Under the pieces are notes generated by a model, which worked only from the letters and a program-made list of their open reading frames with translations, did not search any database and was not told the origin of the DNA. From Shigella phage JK55, in sequence record MK962758: a DNA stretch of 64,000 bases; one strand, given 5' to 3'. Positions 50,032 through 60,665 of the stretch are shown here, in pieces; the stretch's first letter is position 1, and every line of letters starts with the position of its first letter. Both the position numbers and the translations under genes were made by a program.

Positions 50032-51180
50032 ATGGCAGTAGGTGAAATTCAAATTAGTGCCTTGCCTCAAGCAGCCTTACCAATTGACCTTAGTGATATC
50101 TTCCATCTTAAACAGGGTATCGAGGATAAGAGATGCACTCTTGAGCAATTACTTGCTCCACACTCAAGCCTAAGAAATAACCCTCATGGTGTTACTAAGA
50201 CACAAATTGGTTTAGATAACGTTATTAATGCTCTCCAGTTAGTTGCTGAAAATAACTTATCAGACATTGTTAATGTAGCTGAGGCAAGAGCAAATCTACA
50301 GATTATGTCTTCAGAAGAGGTTAATAATCTTATTCAACAACATATTGATGATAAGAGCAACCCACACAATACCACTAAGGCACAGGTTGGGTTAAGTAAT
50401 GTTCAGAACTGGGTGACATCTAACCTTTATAACGAGGATGCAGATAAGTATGCTACAGCAAGAGCAGTAAATAACTTGTACAAGGCTGTTCAGGCTTCTT
50501 ATCCAGTAGGTACTATCCATCTCTCTATGAATCCTGCAAACCCTTCTACATATTTAATTTGTGGAGGTACTTGGGAGTTAGTTTCAAAAGGAAGAGCACT
50601 TGTAGGTTATGATAGTGCTTCTAGGCCAGTTGGCTCAACGTTTGGTTCGCAGACTACTGCACTGACAGTTAACAACATTCCTGCACATACTCACTCAGTA
50701 TACGTCACTGGTGGTGGTCACACACACGGTGCAACGGCCTCTATCAGTGCTTTTGACTACGGTACTAAAGGGACTACAACGTTTGACTATGGAACAAAGA
50801 CTGTATCTACTTATGACTATGGTAACAGAACAACCAGTGCTGCTGGTTTAACACAAACAACATTCATTAATCGTGGTTATGCTGATGGTGGTTGGAGAGG
50901 TTTATCAGTTGAGGGGGCAAGCTATGACCCAAGAGCTACGCTGACAACAGCTAACAACCACACTCACTCTGTAGCAATTGGTGCACATAATCACACAGTT
51001 GGTATTGGTGCTCACAGTCATTCTGTTGCAATTGGCTCCCACAACCACTCAGCAACAGTAACAGTAACCGGAGCAGGTGAGCATTCGCACTCTGGCACAA
51101 CTGGCACAACTGGTTCTGGTCAAGCATTTAGCGTTGAACAGCCATCCTTCGTATTGTATGTATGGCAGAGAACAGCTTAA
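50032..51180 (+). CDS. tail fiber protein with C-terminal tail-collar-like domain and HxH repeats
   Basis: Motifs NIPAHTHSV, GGGHTHGA, NNHTHSVAIGAHNHTVGIGAHSHSVAIGSHNHS; C-terminus FSVEQPSFVLYVWQRTA shared with the next fiber. Confidence 0.65.
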   Translation: MAVGEIQISALPQAALPIDLSDIFHLKQGIEDKRCTLEQLLAPHSSLRNNPHGVTKTQIGLDNVINALQLVAENNLSDIVNVAEARANLQIMSSEEVNNLIQQHIDDKSNPHNTTKAQVGLSNVQNWVTSNLYNEDADKYATARAVNNLYKAVQASYPVGTIHLSMNPANPSTYLICGGTWELVSKGRALVGYDSASRPVGSTFGSQTTALTVNNIPAHTHSVYVTGGGHTHGATASISAFDYGTKGTTTFDYGTKTVSTYDYGNRTTSAAGLTQTTFINRGYADGGWRGLSVEGASYDPRATLTTANNHTHSVAIGAHNHTVGIGAHSHSVAIGSHNHSATVTVTGAGEHSHSGTTGTTGSGQAFSVEQPSFVLYVWQRTA

Positions 51181-51189
51181 TTTCTTTAC

Positions 51190-51210
51190 AGGGGCTGTAT
51201 AGCCCCTTTT
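51190..51210 (+). terminator. rho-independent terminator between fiber genes (GGGGCTGTATAGCCCC + TTTT)
   Basis: Perfect hairpin plus T-run. Confidence 0.55.
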
Positions 51211-51226
51211 AAGAGGAAAATTTATA

Positions 51227-53614
51227 ATGGCAGATTACAAGTTGAGTGAATTAAACTCAATTGATACAATTCGTTCAGACGACCTCCTTCATGTCAGGGT
51301 TAAAAAGAGACCTGAAATGCTGGGTGATGAAGACCGTCGAATGACCTATCAAGACTTCTTAGCATCTTTTAAACTAGAAAGGTTTGTCCAGATTGCTGGT
51401 AGCACTATGACGGGTGACTTAGGAATTGTCAAGTTACTTTATGGTGGTAAGGCAGTATTTGACCCTACAGGTTCTTCTGAGATTACTATGGGGGATGTTT
51501 TAAAGGCTTTTAAAATCAATGCAAATGGTCTTAAACTAACTATTGCAGATGCTTCAAGGTCTGCAACTGTTTATCATACTCTTAATAAGCCAAGTCCTAA
51601 TGAGCTTGGAATGAGAACCAATGAAGAGAATGATGCAAGATATGCAAGACTCGCTGTAAATAACGCCTTTAGGGCCACTCAAAATATTCTATCTGATAAT
51701 GAAACTATTATTGTTAAGAATGTTACACAAGGGATGCCGCTGTATATTCGCGGTCAAGATGCAGATGGCTCTAACAGGTGGTATCTAGGCAATGATAACA
51801 AAGGTACAGACAATCTTGTTTTAAAAAATGTTAAATCTGGTGCATATGTAGCTATTTTGGATAGCTTAATCACTGTGAACAAATCTATCCAGATTACTGG
51901 TCAAGTTCAGCCTTCTGACTTCTCTAACTTAGATGCTAGATACTTTACTCAGACAGCAGCTAATCAGAGATTTGCACAGTTAGTTGGTAATAACACATTC
52001 AGTGGTTTAAACACATTCAACCAACTAAGTGTTTTCAAAAAAGATGGTGAAGCAATTAGGCTACAGAATGCCAATGCTGCACAACCATTGTACATTAAGG
52101 CGATTGATAGCACAGGTGTCAACAGATGGTACATTGGTAATAGTAACGAAGGTGATAACGTAGCTCTAGAAAACTACAAAACTAGTGGCAAGATTACTGT
52201 AGGGACAAGTGTTAATATCAATAAAACACTAACTGTAACTGGTCAAGTTCAACCTTCAGATTGGACTAACATTGACTCTCGTTATGTTCTTATCGGTTCA
52301 TACGCAAATCTTGCTAAGAAGAATGAAGCTAACACATTCACTTTACAGCAGAATATTCAATCTGATGGTGAAGCATTAAGAATCTACAGCAAGGCTCAGA
52401 ATAATTCTTCTTACATTGTTGGTAAGAATACTGATAACACAAATAAGTGGTTTATCGGTTGTGGTACTAATGGTTCTGGTACGGCATCATTCCATAACTA
52501 CTTGACTGGTGCAAGACTCGATTTAGCTGACGAAGTTCTTCTGTCTAAATCTCTACAGATTACTGGACAGGTAAAACCTTCTGATTGGTCTAACTTAGAT
52601 GCTAGATTCTTGAAGGTTTCTGGAAGCACAGCAGCGAACCTTATTATTGACTCTACTAACCACGGTGTGATGACTGGTAAGCTTATCTCCATCCCAACTA
52701 GGGCTGACTGGAACAGACCACAAGGTTTTACAGCTATGGCTATAGCGCCTGATTCAAGTGTCATCCCAGACTTCCCAGCAGGTCCAATCGCATACCTACA
52801 CGTCTTTGCTAAAAGAGATACTAAAGGTGGTCAATTAGCATTCTTGGCAAACTACTCTACTAAGGGCATTTGGCTAGCGAGAAGTTTAACTTCAACTGAT
52901 GCGATTACCTTTGAGAAAATCTATACAGATGGTACTAAGCCAACCCCTTCTGAGCTTGGTGCATACACTAAAGCTGAAACTGACCAGAAGATTGCACAGG
53001 CAGTAAGTGACTCTACAGACCTTAACAAAATCTACCCAGTAGGCATTGTAACGTGGTTTAACAGTAATGTTGACCCTAATACAGCACTGCCTGGCCTAAC
53101 TTGGACGTATCTGAAGAATGGCGTTGGTAGGACTATTAGAATTGCAGCAGCAAATGGTTCAGATGTTGCTACAACTGGTGGTTCAGATTCTGTAACGTTA
53201 GCTGTTGGTAACTTACCTTCACACACTCACAGTTTTTCTGCTACCACTTCATCTTTTGACTACGGAACAAAAAACACTAACACGACTGGTGCTCACGCTC
53301 ACTCTGTAAGTGGCTCTACTTCATCTGATGGTTACCACAACCACGCTATCTCGTGGATTGGTCAGAACTCTACACACTACTCTGGTGGTGGTGGTGGTAG
53401 AATCGGTACAGGTCCGGGTTACACTGATGCGGGTGGTGCGCACACCCATACAATCTCTGGTACTGCCGCTTCTGCTGGTAACCATGCTCACAGTGTAGGT
53501 ATCGGTGCTCACACTCATACAGTTAGTGGTAACACTGGTGGTACAGGTTTTGGTTCAGCATTTAGTGTTACTAACCAGTTCTACAAGTTAATGGCTTGGG
53601 TAAGAACTGCTTAA
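51227..53614 (+). CDS. long tail fiber protein with internal about 100-aa repeats and C-terminal tail-collar-like domain
   Basis: Three repeats containing ITGQVQPSD(F/W)(S/T)N(L/I)D(A/S)R(Y/F); C-terminal [37 protein letters not shown] and [17 protein letters not shown]. Confidence 0.65.
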   Translation: MADYKLSELNSIDTIRSDDLLHVRVKKRPEMLGDEDRRMTYQDFLASFKLERFVQIAGSTMTGDLGIVKLLYGGKAVFDPTGSSEITMGDVLKAFKINANGLKLTIADASRSATVYHTLNKPSPNELGMRTNEENDARYARLAVNNAFRATQNILSDNETIIVKNVTQGMPLYIRGQDADGSNRWYLGNDNKGTDNLVLKNVKSGAYVAILDSLITVNKSIQITGQVQPSDFSNLDARYFTQTAANQRFAQLVGNNTFSGLNTFNQLSVFKKDGEAIRLQNANAAQPLYIKAIDSTGVNRWYIGNSNEGDNVALENYKTSGKITVGTSVNINKTLTVTGQVQPSDWTNIDSRYVLIGSYANLAKKNEANTFTLQQNIQSDGEALRIYSKAQNNSSYIVGKNTDNTNKWFIGCGTNGSGTASFHNYLTGARLDLADEVLLSKSLQITGQVKPSDWSNLDARFLKVSGSTAANLIIDSTNHGVMTGKLISIPTRADWNRPQGFTAMAIAPDSSVIPDFPAGPIAYLHVFAKRDTKGGQLAFLANYSTKGIWLARSLTSTDAITFEKIYTDGTKPTPSELGAYTKAETDQKIAQAVSDSTDLNKIYPVGIVTWFNSNVDPNTALPGLTWTYLKNGVGRTIRIAAANGSDVATTGGSDSVTLAVGNLPSHTHSFSATTSSFDYGTKNTNTTGAHAHSVSGSTSSDGYHNHAISWIGQNSTHYSGGGGGRIGTGPGYTDAGGAHTHTISGTAASAGNHAHSVGIGAHTHTVSGNTGGTGFGSAFSVTNQFYKLMAWVRTA

Positions 53615-53693
53615 TCCCTTGTTGACTGATTGTTAAGATGGTGTTAATATTCTTTATGGGTATTCTCACCATCTTGGCTGATGAGGTGATTAA

Positions 53694-53891
53694 ATGCCTA
53701 CAATCCTAGCAATTCTTCTAAAAAATCTAGGTAGCTTCTTCTGGAAACTCATTTTATCCCTTCTAAGTGAATACATGATTGAGAAAGTGTTCTTTAGGCT
53801 TGCAAGATATCTTGCGAGTAAAACAGACACACCTATTGATGATGAGTTCGTAGATAACTTAGAAAAAGCTTTTAAGGGGGAGAATAAATGA
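53694..53891 (+). CDS. hypothetical small membrane protein
   Basis: 65 aa with N-terminal hydrophobic helix. Confidence 0.4.
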   Translation: MPTILAILLKNLGSFFWKLILSLLSEYMIEKVFFRLARYLASKTDTPIDDEFVDNLEKAFKGENK

Positions 53892-54259
53892 AGTGGCTAG
53901 AGGAAGCTTTTAAAAACAATATTGGTGCAATTGTTGTTGGTATTTTTAGTGTTATTGGGATGTATACCACTATGCAAGTTTCAAGTGGTAAGCAAGAAGT
54001 GTCTGTCACAACAAAGTTACAGCAGCTAGATAATTATTCCAAAAGTAACTATTCAGCTATTCGTGATTTACAGTCTGACATGAGACTGATTCAGCTAGGG
54101 ATGGAGAACCAGAAAGTTCAGTTAGAGAATGTTAAGGGTGAAAACGCAAAACTTACCAAAACTCTTGATAAATTCTCTGACAGTGTAAATAATCTGGCTC
54201 AATCAGTATCAGCCCTCCAAGCTATTACTGAGAAGAACACAAAGAATACTGAAAAATAA
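53888..54259 (+). CDS. hypothetical membrane-anchored coiled-coil protein
   Basis: TM helix IGAIVVGIFSVIGMYT then heptad-like region. Confidence 0.45.
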   Translation: MKWLEEAFKNNIGAIVVGIFSVIGMYTTMQVSSGKQEVSVTTKLQQLDNYSKSNYSAIRDLQSDMRLIQLGMENQKVQLENVKGENAKLTKTLDKFSDSVNNLAQSVSALQAITEKNTKNTEK

Positions 54260-54267
54260 AATTTTAA

Positions 54268-54293
54268 GGCTCCTTTTTACGGGAGCCTTTTTT
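54268..54293 (+). terminator. terminator between convergent blocks (GGCTCC-loop-GGAGCC + TTTTTT)
   Basis: GC hairpin flanked by A-run upstream and T-run downstream. Confidence 0.65.
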
Positions 54294-54297
54294 GTTT

Positions 54298-55197
54298 CTA
54301 CTTACCTACTGACAAAGGTGCTTCAATCTTTCCTGCATGTTGGTAGTTACTAATTCCACCGATAAAGTCACTTGCAGTAAGATGTTTCAGGTCACTTAAA
54401 GTATTAAGTTGTAGACCAATCTCAAAAGTTGGTGCATGGAACTCTTCATTGTTCATCAGTTCATAAACCTGCTTCATATGGTTCTGATAAATCTGAGTAT
54501 CCCCAAAGACACCTATCAAGTACCGTGGAGTATATCCAGTCATCTTGCAAAGTACTTCCAGAATAAAACCATAAGATGCAATGTTAAATGGAAGACCTAA
54601 AAAGGTGTCTACAGAACGTTGATACCATTGTAAGTCAACCTCACCTTCGTTAGTGATATAAATCTGAAACAGAACATGACAAGGTGCTAAAGCCATTGAG
54701 TTAGCTGCAATATCTGCTGCATTCCAAGCATTAACAAGCATGTAACGGTCTGTGATATCACCTTTCATCTTCGTTACTAAGGTCTCTAACTGGTCTACAA
54801 CACAACCGTTATGACCTTCAAAGTTTCTCCACTGAACCCCGTAGATTCTCCCACCTGCATCTTCTAACCAGTCTTGCTCAGAAGAATAGTTAGAGCTTAA
54901 CCAGCGTTTAAAATCATCTGACCAGATAGTCCAACGTTCCCCATCATTTTCACCCCAAGTACGATAACGGAGTTCACCAAGTTTATTCTCACCATTCAGG
55001 AACCATAAAGCTTCCCCAATAACTTGCCGTGTAAACACCTGTTTAGATGTTAAGAGTGGGAAACCAGTACGCATATCAAAACGAAATTGTGGTGGAGCAA
55101 ATGCAGAGATAACATCTCCAGTTCGTGTAGTACGCAGTTCACCAACGGATAAAACATGGTTCAGGATATTTTTGTAACTCAAATCAGCTTGTGACAT
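54298..55197 (-). CDS. thyA: thymidylate synthase (ThyA type)
   Basis: Active-site region NSMALAPCHVLFQIY matches the ThyA ALAPCH signature; length 299 aa. Confidence 0.8.
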   Translation of the reverse strand: MSQADLSYKNILNHVLSVGELRTTRTGDVISAFAPPQFRFDMRTGFPLLTSKQVFTRQVIGEALWFLNGENKLGELRYRTWGENDGERWTIWSDDFKRWLSSNYSSEQDWLEDAGGRIYGVQWRNFEGHNGCVVDQLETLVTKMKGDITDRYMLVNAWNAADIAANSMALAPCHVLFQIYITNEGEVDLQWYQRSVDTFLGLPFNIASYGFILEVLCKMTGYTPRYLIGVFGDTQIYQNHMKQVYELMNNEEFHAPTFEIGLQLNTLSDLKHLTASDFIGGISNYQHAGKIEAPLSVGK

Positions 55198-55198
55198 A

Positions 55199-55744
55199 TC
55201 AAAAGTGCCCTTTTACTTGTGGAACATAAATCTCAAAGGTTGCTTTACCATCCTCTGAGGGTCTTGATTGTACCTTTGCAAATACACGGCTATCATACAG
55301 TTTATCAAAGAAGTTTTCAAAAGGTAAATACACAGTGGCCTCTTCAGTGACTTTATGGAAAACTGTATGGAAAACTACACCAGCATACGGCAAAGCATCG
55401 ACAAGAACACCTGCACCACCAATTACAAAGACATCTTCATCAATAGAGCTATCAAGATACTTCAAAAATGCTCCAAATGACTCTTTACTGGCTTTAGCAT
55501 ACATTACATCATCTTTGCCAAAGTCTATGCCTAAGTATGGTACAGAATTTGTTAAGATGAGGTTTGCACGTTCTGGTAAAGGTTTACTACCCAGAGTCTT
55601 AAAAGTCTCATTACCCATGACTACTAAGTTATTTTTAGTGAGTCTCTTAAACTCTTGCATGTCCTGTTTATGTCGAGGCCACGGCATACCAGTCGGTGTA
55701 CCAAATTCACCGTTTTCACCACTTGCAAATATTAGTTTAATCAT
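55199..55744 (-). CDS. frd: dihydrofolate reductase
   Basis: N-terminal MIKLIFA...GMPW pattern typical of DHFR; directly upstream of thyA. Confidence 0.7.
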   Translation of the reverse strand: MIKLIFASGENGEFGTPTGMPWPRHKQDMQEFKRLTKNNLVVMGNETFKTLGSKPLPERANLILTNSVPYLGIDFGKDDVMYAKASKESFGAFLKYLDSSIDEDVFVIGGAGVLVDALPYAGVVFHTVFHKVTEEATVYLPFENFFDKLYDSRVFAKVQSRPSEDGKATFEIYVPQVKGHF

Positions 55745-55784
55745 TTTGTAAACCCTTTCTTAATGAACCAGTTGATGACACTCT

Positions 55785-56000
55785 TCACAAATTTACTACG
55801 ATGGTAGATAAAATGTGAGAGGGTTGGTATGAACCATAAGCCCAGAAAGCGATAATTTCATTACACCCTGTGCATCGGGTACTTTCTTCAGCAATATGAC
55901 CATTGACTATTTCACTTACCTCACCTTGTAAGTCTGTACACCCACAATGTGGACAACGGATAGGTGTTCCATCAGACTCATAGCAGTGTTCAATTTTCAT
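55785..56000 (-). CDS. small zinc-ribbon protein
   Basis: CPHCGC ... CTGCN Cys pairs. Confidence 0.45.
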   Translation of the reverse strand: MKIEHCYESDGTPIRCPHCGCTDLQGEVSEIVNGHIAEESTRCTGCNEIIAFWAYGSYQPSHILSTIVVNL

Positions 56001-56516
56001 CTATTTAACCTCAAAAACTGGCTCAAGAACCAATATAAAGCCTACACAGTCATCTTCTTCATCCAGAATACCATCAAAGTTCTTAGGAACGAAGTCGAAG
56101 AGGCTCATAACAAAGCAGTCAGAAGTGACCTTGATAGTTCCTCCCATGTTCTCTACAGTCAACACTGTACGACTTTCTTTTACCTCCCTCAGAAGATTAC
56201 CCACAAAGTCGTCTAAGAAGTACTTCATCAATGACTTAAAACCTTTAGGATAATCTGTACCAGAGTATGTTTCAATCTGAGGTACAAGCTTAACATTTAT
56301 ACTAGTCTTTGTTAAGAACGTTTTAGAGAACATACTATCAGGTAACTTACAAACAGTCTTTCCAGTACCTTCATGCTCAATCTCAACAAAACCAGCTTCG
56401 TCGCCACATGTAACTATTTTAAAAGATGCTTCATTCTCATACTGTGAAGCCATAAACTTTTTAAGCATCTCTTTAAGGAAGTCTGCATGAGCATCTTGTA
56501 AGAAGATATCAATCAT
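56001..56516 (-). CDS. hypothetical protein
   Basis: ORF 171 aa. Confidence 0.5.
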   Translation of the reverse strand: MIDIFLQDAHADFLKEMLKKFMASQYENEASFKIVTCGDEAGFVEIEHEGTGKTVCKLPDSMFSKTFLTKTSINVKLVPQIETYSGTDYPKGFKSLMKYFLDDFVGNLLREVKESRTVLTVENMGGTIKVTSDCFVMSLFDFVPKNFDGILDEEDDCVGFILVLEPVFEVK

Positions 56517-56529
56517 AGTTAATCACCTA

Positions 56530-56889
56530 TTATGGGAACAAACACTTAATGTCATCGTTTTTGAAAACAAAACTTGTGTAATTATGACCATCAACATCCA
56601 GCCAAACAGCCTGAACATCTACACCATCAAGATTTTGGTAAAGCTCTTTGATGAAGTGGTCTTTTACAATCTGACTGCTAGTTGTTTCCAACTTAATGTT
56701 CGAGATTGCTGAACCTACAGCCATATAGCCCATGACACGTTTCTTCTCAGTATGCTTAATCTTACCATCTTTGTAAGCCATAATGAGATTGGAAAGAATC
56801 TTTACACCATAATACTTTTCAAGGTGAGTAGGTACACCATAAAAGCCTAATGCGAAGTTTTCAGAGTGGATAATGTTTTCACGTTTCAT
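56530..56889 (-). CDS. hypothetical protein
   Basis: ORF 119 aa. Confidence 0.5.
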   Translation of the reverse strand: MKRENIIHSENFALGFYGVPTHLEKYYGVKILSNLIMAYKDGKIKHTEKKRVMGYMAVGSAISNIKLETTSSQIVKDHFIKELYQNLDGVDVQAVWLDVDGHNYTSFVFKNDDIKCLFP

Positions 56890-56890
56890 A

Positions 56891-57220
56891 CTAGTCTGCC
56901 AACCTTAAATTGAAATTAACACCAAATTTTTCACATACTTCCAACATATACTCAAGGGAAACATTACCAGTGAGGTGGATTATGTTGGATACACGAGCCT
57001 GAGAGATACCACAAATTTTAGCAACTTGCTCTTGAGAAAGACCTCTGGATTTAATCTCTCTCTTAAAACGATGTGCAACGAAGTCTCTCATTTCGTCTAC
57101 ATCCATTGGACAAATATAACTCTCCATTTCAGCCTCTCTATCAGCCTCCCAATCATCTTGTGGAGCATAAGGGTCAAAAACTTCATTCATCTTTCTTCTT
57201 CCGTTTGCGTGAAGTGTCAA
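56891..57220 (-). CDS. helix-turn-helix DNA-binding protein (XRE/Cro-like)
   Basis: RGLSQEQVAKICGISQARVSNIIH matches HTH pattern. Confidence 0.55.
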   Translation of the reverse strand: MTLHANGRRKMNEVFDPYAPQDDWEADREAEMESYICPMDVDEMRDFVAHRFKREIKSRGLSQEQVAKICGISQARVSNIIHLTGNVSLEYMLEVCEKFGVNFNLRLAD

Positions 57221-57395
57221 TCAATGAATCTATGTTTGTAGCCCTAACCTTTTCACGTTCATCGTTAAGATAATCATCAAGAGCCTTTTCAATCTGTGAA
57301 TCATCTTGACAGATAACTGTAAAGACTGTAAAGCCGTCTGTATCGTCAATTATCTTACCATAACCGCTTCTGGGATGTAACTTTTTAAGAGCCAT
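57183..57395 (-). CDS. hypothetical small protein
   Basis: ORF 70 aa. Confidence 0.4.
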   Translation of the reverse strand: MALKKLHPRSGYGKIIDDTDGFTVFTVICQDDSQIEKALDDYLNDEREKVRATNIDSLIDTSRKRKKKDE

Positions 57396-57396
57396 A

Positions 57397-57780
57397 TCAA
57401 ATACCTGTGCAGCTTCTGTTTTCTAAGAAATACTCAACACCATACATAGCTTTTTGCATCAAATCTTCTTTAAACTGGATACGATGATTAAGCATAGCCT
57501 GTACATCAATATCATCATGGTGCTTCTCTTTGATATTTGCAGATTGCAGGAAATACTCTGCAAGAACACGATACTGATAGTCAGTTACCTTATCAGTCAT
57601 CTCTGTTAAAGACTCTTCAGAGATTGGTTTAAGTAGCTCACCATTAGCCAGAGCAACACCTTTTACAATCTGACAAGTGTCTTCTGAAACACCTGATAAG
57701 TCAACATTTGGAAGTTCTGTTGCATTGACTGGTAAATTTATTGCCATAACCATTGCAGCAGCTAATAAAATCTTTTTCAT
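57397..57780 (-). CDS. secreted/periplasmic hypothetical protein
   Basis: Signal peptide MKKILLAAAMVMAINLPVNA. Confidence 0.5.
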   Translation of the reverse strand: MKKILLAAAMVMAINLPVNATELPNVDLSGVSEDTCQIVKGVALANGELLKPISEESLTEMTDKVTDYQYRVLAEYFLQSANIKEKHHDDIDVQAMLNHRIQFKEDLMQKAMYGVEYFLENRSCTGI

Positions 57781-57963
57781 AATGACCTCAAAGTTATATT
57801 AAATTTTGTATTACATTGAGTATAAAAATAAGCTATAACACCTGACTTGTCAACAGATTTTATAGCTTATTTGGCAGATTTTTTATAAGGCTACTGCCAT
57901 CCTTCCATACCAAACCCTACCGAACAGAACCATGCTTTGCCATACTGGACAACACCTGACCAG

Positions 57964-58003
57964 ACATCACTTAAAAACCCTTTCAAAGACTCTTAAGTGA
58001 TGT
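57964..58003. repeat. inverted repeat hairpin ACATCACTTAA-N18-TTAAGTGATGT, copy 1
   Basis: 11-bp perfect arms. Confidence 0.7.
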
Positions 58004-58247
58004 AATCGAATTTTAATGTAGCTCCGATTAACTACCCATACCTTGCATTACTTCACCAAACCGTACATTACTTCACCAAACCATACATTACCAGACCATG
58101 CCACACCTGTCCAAACTCAACCTCATTAAAAGACCCTGTTTAAAGACCTTTTAAAAAGGTAAGTCTCATTTTAATGTAGCTGAGACTAACTACCCATACC
58201 AAACAGCACCGCACTATGCCTTACCCCACCTCACCGAGCCTCGCCCC

Positions 58248-58289
58248 ACATCACTTAAAAAACCCTTTTCAAAGACTCTTAAGTGATGT
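58248..58289. repeat. inverted repeat hairpin ACATCACTTAA-N20-TTAAGTGATGT, copy 2
   Basis: Same arms and near-identical loop as copy 1. Confidence 0.7.
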
Positions 58290-58502
58290 TGGTGAGTACC
58301 CGTTGGTTTATGCTGCTCAGTATACTCACCAAATTTTCTATGTCAACAACTTTTTATAAAAAGTTCTGATAGCTATATGTGTCACGAAACAAAAGATTGT
58401 AAACAAGACACCCATTGCAAAAGATGTGTCCAAAAGCTTACTTGCAACATATGACAATACAAAGACAACCAGTATAAACATAATGACTGTACTGAACATA
58501 GT

Positions 58503-59639
58503 TTACTCATAATCCCTAATAACTAGCCCAACAGGAAACTGTAAAGAACCCTTACGAGTCATCTTCTGGAACTGAACCGTTAAAGGTTTCCCGATAAACT
58601 CTTCAGGATGCTCAGCAAGATACTGTTTCTTCTCATGAGTAGTCTTCCATGAGACATCTACAAAGACGTTAGGAAGAGTCTCTACAACGAACTTACCGTG
58701 ACCACGTTTATCGGTCTTGACACCAGTCACTTTAAACTCTTCAGTGTGCATCTTCTTGTGCTTAATCAAGAAGTATGAACGGTGACAACACTCATAGAAG
58801 GAGTCTTCAGAGATTGAACGGTACATTGCACCTTCAAACTTAGCTTCAACCCACTTATCATGAGCTTCATCAAACTCTTCCCAAGAATTTACACGACGAG
58901 ATTTAACAGGGACAACTTTACAGCCGTCTCTAAAGTCATTCAATGGTGAAGTCTCAATAATATCTCTACGCTCAGGCCACGTTTTAGTACTGTCACAGAT
59001 ATCATACCAGTAGAACTTAAGTAAGTGTCTGTCAGGATTGTCTTCATTTTTAATCATGGAGACAATATCTTCTAAGTCCCACCCATGAGCATAAATCTCT
59101 CCATCAAATTCATCAACATCTTTGTGGAGCCTTAACATTGCCATAATGTCAGGTATTAGTTCAGTAGGGATTTTGTAAACAGTATTCTCACGAGAATATG
59201 CTGTAAATACACTGCCAATACTTAAGTGTCTTGAAATTCTACAACGTACACCATCAAGTTTTGGTTGAGCATCAGCAGGGAACTTCAGATACTTTGCATG
59301 ACTAACCTTTGCAGCATCATGAGCAAGTTGTACACCTACTTTCTCAGTATTCTTTGCAGACTCTTTTGTGTAAGCGTAGCCTTTACGGTCAACTTGCTTT
59401 TTATACTTAGCAGCAACTTCAAAGAGAGCTTGCTGTTCAGCGTTACGCTCATTCTTTTTACCGATGTTTTTCGGTTCTGCTGTGTACTCTTCAAACATCA
59501 TCTTGCCATTTTCTTTACCATAGGTTGTAATAACTTTGTCACCTACAGCAACGCATGACCAGACGTTGAAAGAGCCATCTTTATTTTGTTTGTATAGGAT
59601 TGTCATTTTTATTCCTCTGAGTGATACCAAGTATTGCAA
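58503..59639 (-). CDS. ATP-dependent DNA ligase
   Basis: Adenylation motif I KLDGVR (AQPKLDGVRCRIS); 378 aa. Confidence 0.75.
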   Translation of the reverse strand: MQYLVSLRGIKMTILYKQNKDGSFNVWSCVAVGDKVITTYGKENGKMMFEEYTAEPKNIGKKNERNAEQQALFEVAAKYKKQVDRKGYAYTKESAKNTEKVGVQLAHDAAKVSHAKYLKFPADAQPKLDGVRCRISRHLSIGSVFTAYSRENTVYKIPTELIPDIMAMLRLHKDVDEFDGEIYAHGWDLEDIVSMIKNEDNPDRHLLKFYWYDICDSTKTWPERRDIIETSPLNDFRDGCKVVPVKSRRVNSWEEFDEAHDKWVEAKFEGAMYRSISEDSFYECCHRSYFLIKHKKMHTEEFKVTGVKTDKRGHGKFVVETLPNVFVDVSWKTTHEKKQYLAEHPEEFIGKPLTVQFQKMTRKGSLQFPVGLVIRDYE

Positions 59640-59800
59640 GCATTACATGCGTAAAGCTCTAAGTCATTTTTATCTGGTTTATGAAAACAGTTTGCTCCGC
59701 AGTGGCAACGAAATGGCTTTCCACCAACTGTCAGGACGAAGGACTGAATCTTTCCATCAGGAGTCCGTACAGCATTTTTATGCTTATCTTCTTTGTTCAT
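59609..59800 (-). CDS. small zinc-finger protein
   Basis: CHCGANC ... CNAC Cys/His pattern. Confidence 0.45.
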   Translation of the reverse strand: MNKEDKHKNAVRTPDGKIQSFVLTVGGKPFRCHCGANCFHKPDKNDLELYACNACNTWYHSEE

Positions 59801-60102
59801 TTCCTCTTGCCACCAATTTCTACGTCAATAACTTGAACATCACCAGCAACATCAAACTTATGAATGATGCTTTCCACAGTGTAAGTCCAACCATCAATGC
59901 GAACCAACTCACCTTCTCGTGGGACGATTGGGTTACGTTGAGCTACCGTTGTAGTAGAGTGAACAACATCATAACAATAGATATAGTTTACTAGGACTTC
60001 CATCGTGAAACCCTCACTCAATAACCGTAGTGTGTGATTGACCATTTTTGCCATAGCTATAAGATGTTGTTGTTTGGGAGTTTGGACATCTGACAACAAC
60101 AA
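59797..60102 (-). CDS. hypothetical protein
   Basis: ORF 101 aa. Confidence 0.45.
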   Translation of the reverse strand: MLLSDVQTPKQQHLIAMAKMVNHTLRLLSEGFTMEVLVNYIYCYDVVHSTTTVAQRNPIVPREGELVRIDGWTYTVESIIHKFDVAGDVQVIDVEIGGKRK

Positions 60103-60250
60103 TATCTCTGCTTATAGCATCACCATGTAACTTGTATACTCTGCAATCTTGCATCTCTGGTGGGAGGCTGTAAGAAGCATTTTTATCTTCATAAGAAGGG
60201 TTGCAGCCAGATAGAAAAATAACACCAAGCGCAATTACTGATTTCCACAT
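60014..60250 (-). CDS. small lipoprotein (lipobox LSGC)
   Basis: MWKSVIALGVIFLSGC signal peptide; start taken at internal Met giving a canonical signal peptide. Confidence 0.5.
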   Translation of the reverse strand: MWKSVIALGVIFLSGCNPSYEDKNASYSLPPEMQDCRVYKLHGDAISRDIVVVRCPNSQTTTSYSYGKNGQSHTTVIE

Positions 60251-60437
60251 AATACACCCCTGTTTACTGTTCACGATGCTCTACTTCTCTGTATGTACGT
60301 CGATAATGAATGATAAGTGGTGCTAATTCATTGCTTTTAACATTTGAGCGTAACAGTTGCCAGTCAAAACCTTTACCAACTCTTCCATATAAATTAAAAA
60401 ACTTAACTTTGCGTTTCATTTTCGGTATCTCCAATAT

Positions 60438-60665
60438 TCAGAGGTTAATATTAATACGTTCGCCCTTAAGGACTCCAGTACGGTCCCTTGCAATCTTACC
60501 ATCAACAATAAGGATATGCGCAGACCTTAAAGAGTCATTATTAAAACCTTTTACGAACTTACTAGGCATCACTACAATAAGCATCTCCTGAATCAACTCT
60601 GGAGTATAGCAGTTATCATGAAGTTGTTGGATAACGTCTGCAAGTGTCATTTTTGATGTCTCCAA
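60438..60665 (-). CDS. hypothetical small protein
   Basis: ORF 75 aa in minus-strand block. Confidence 0.4.
   Translation of the reverse strand: METSKMTLADVIQQLHDNCYTPELIQEMLIVVMPSKFVKGFNNDSLRSAHILIVDGKIARDRTGVLKGERININL

Noticed and set aside
60310-60591. 93-aa plus-strand ORF
   Set aside because: Lies antisense within a minus-strand gene block and overlaps 60438..60665; low-complexity translation; likely spurious.
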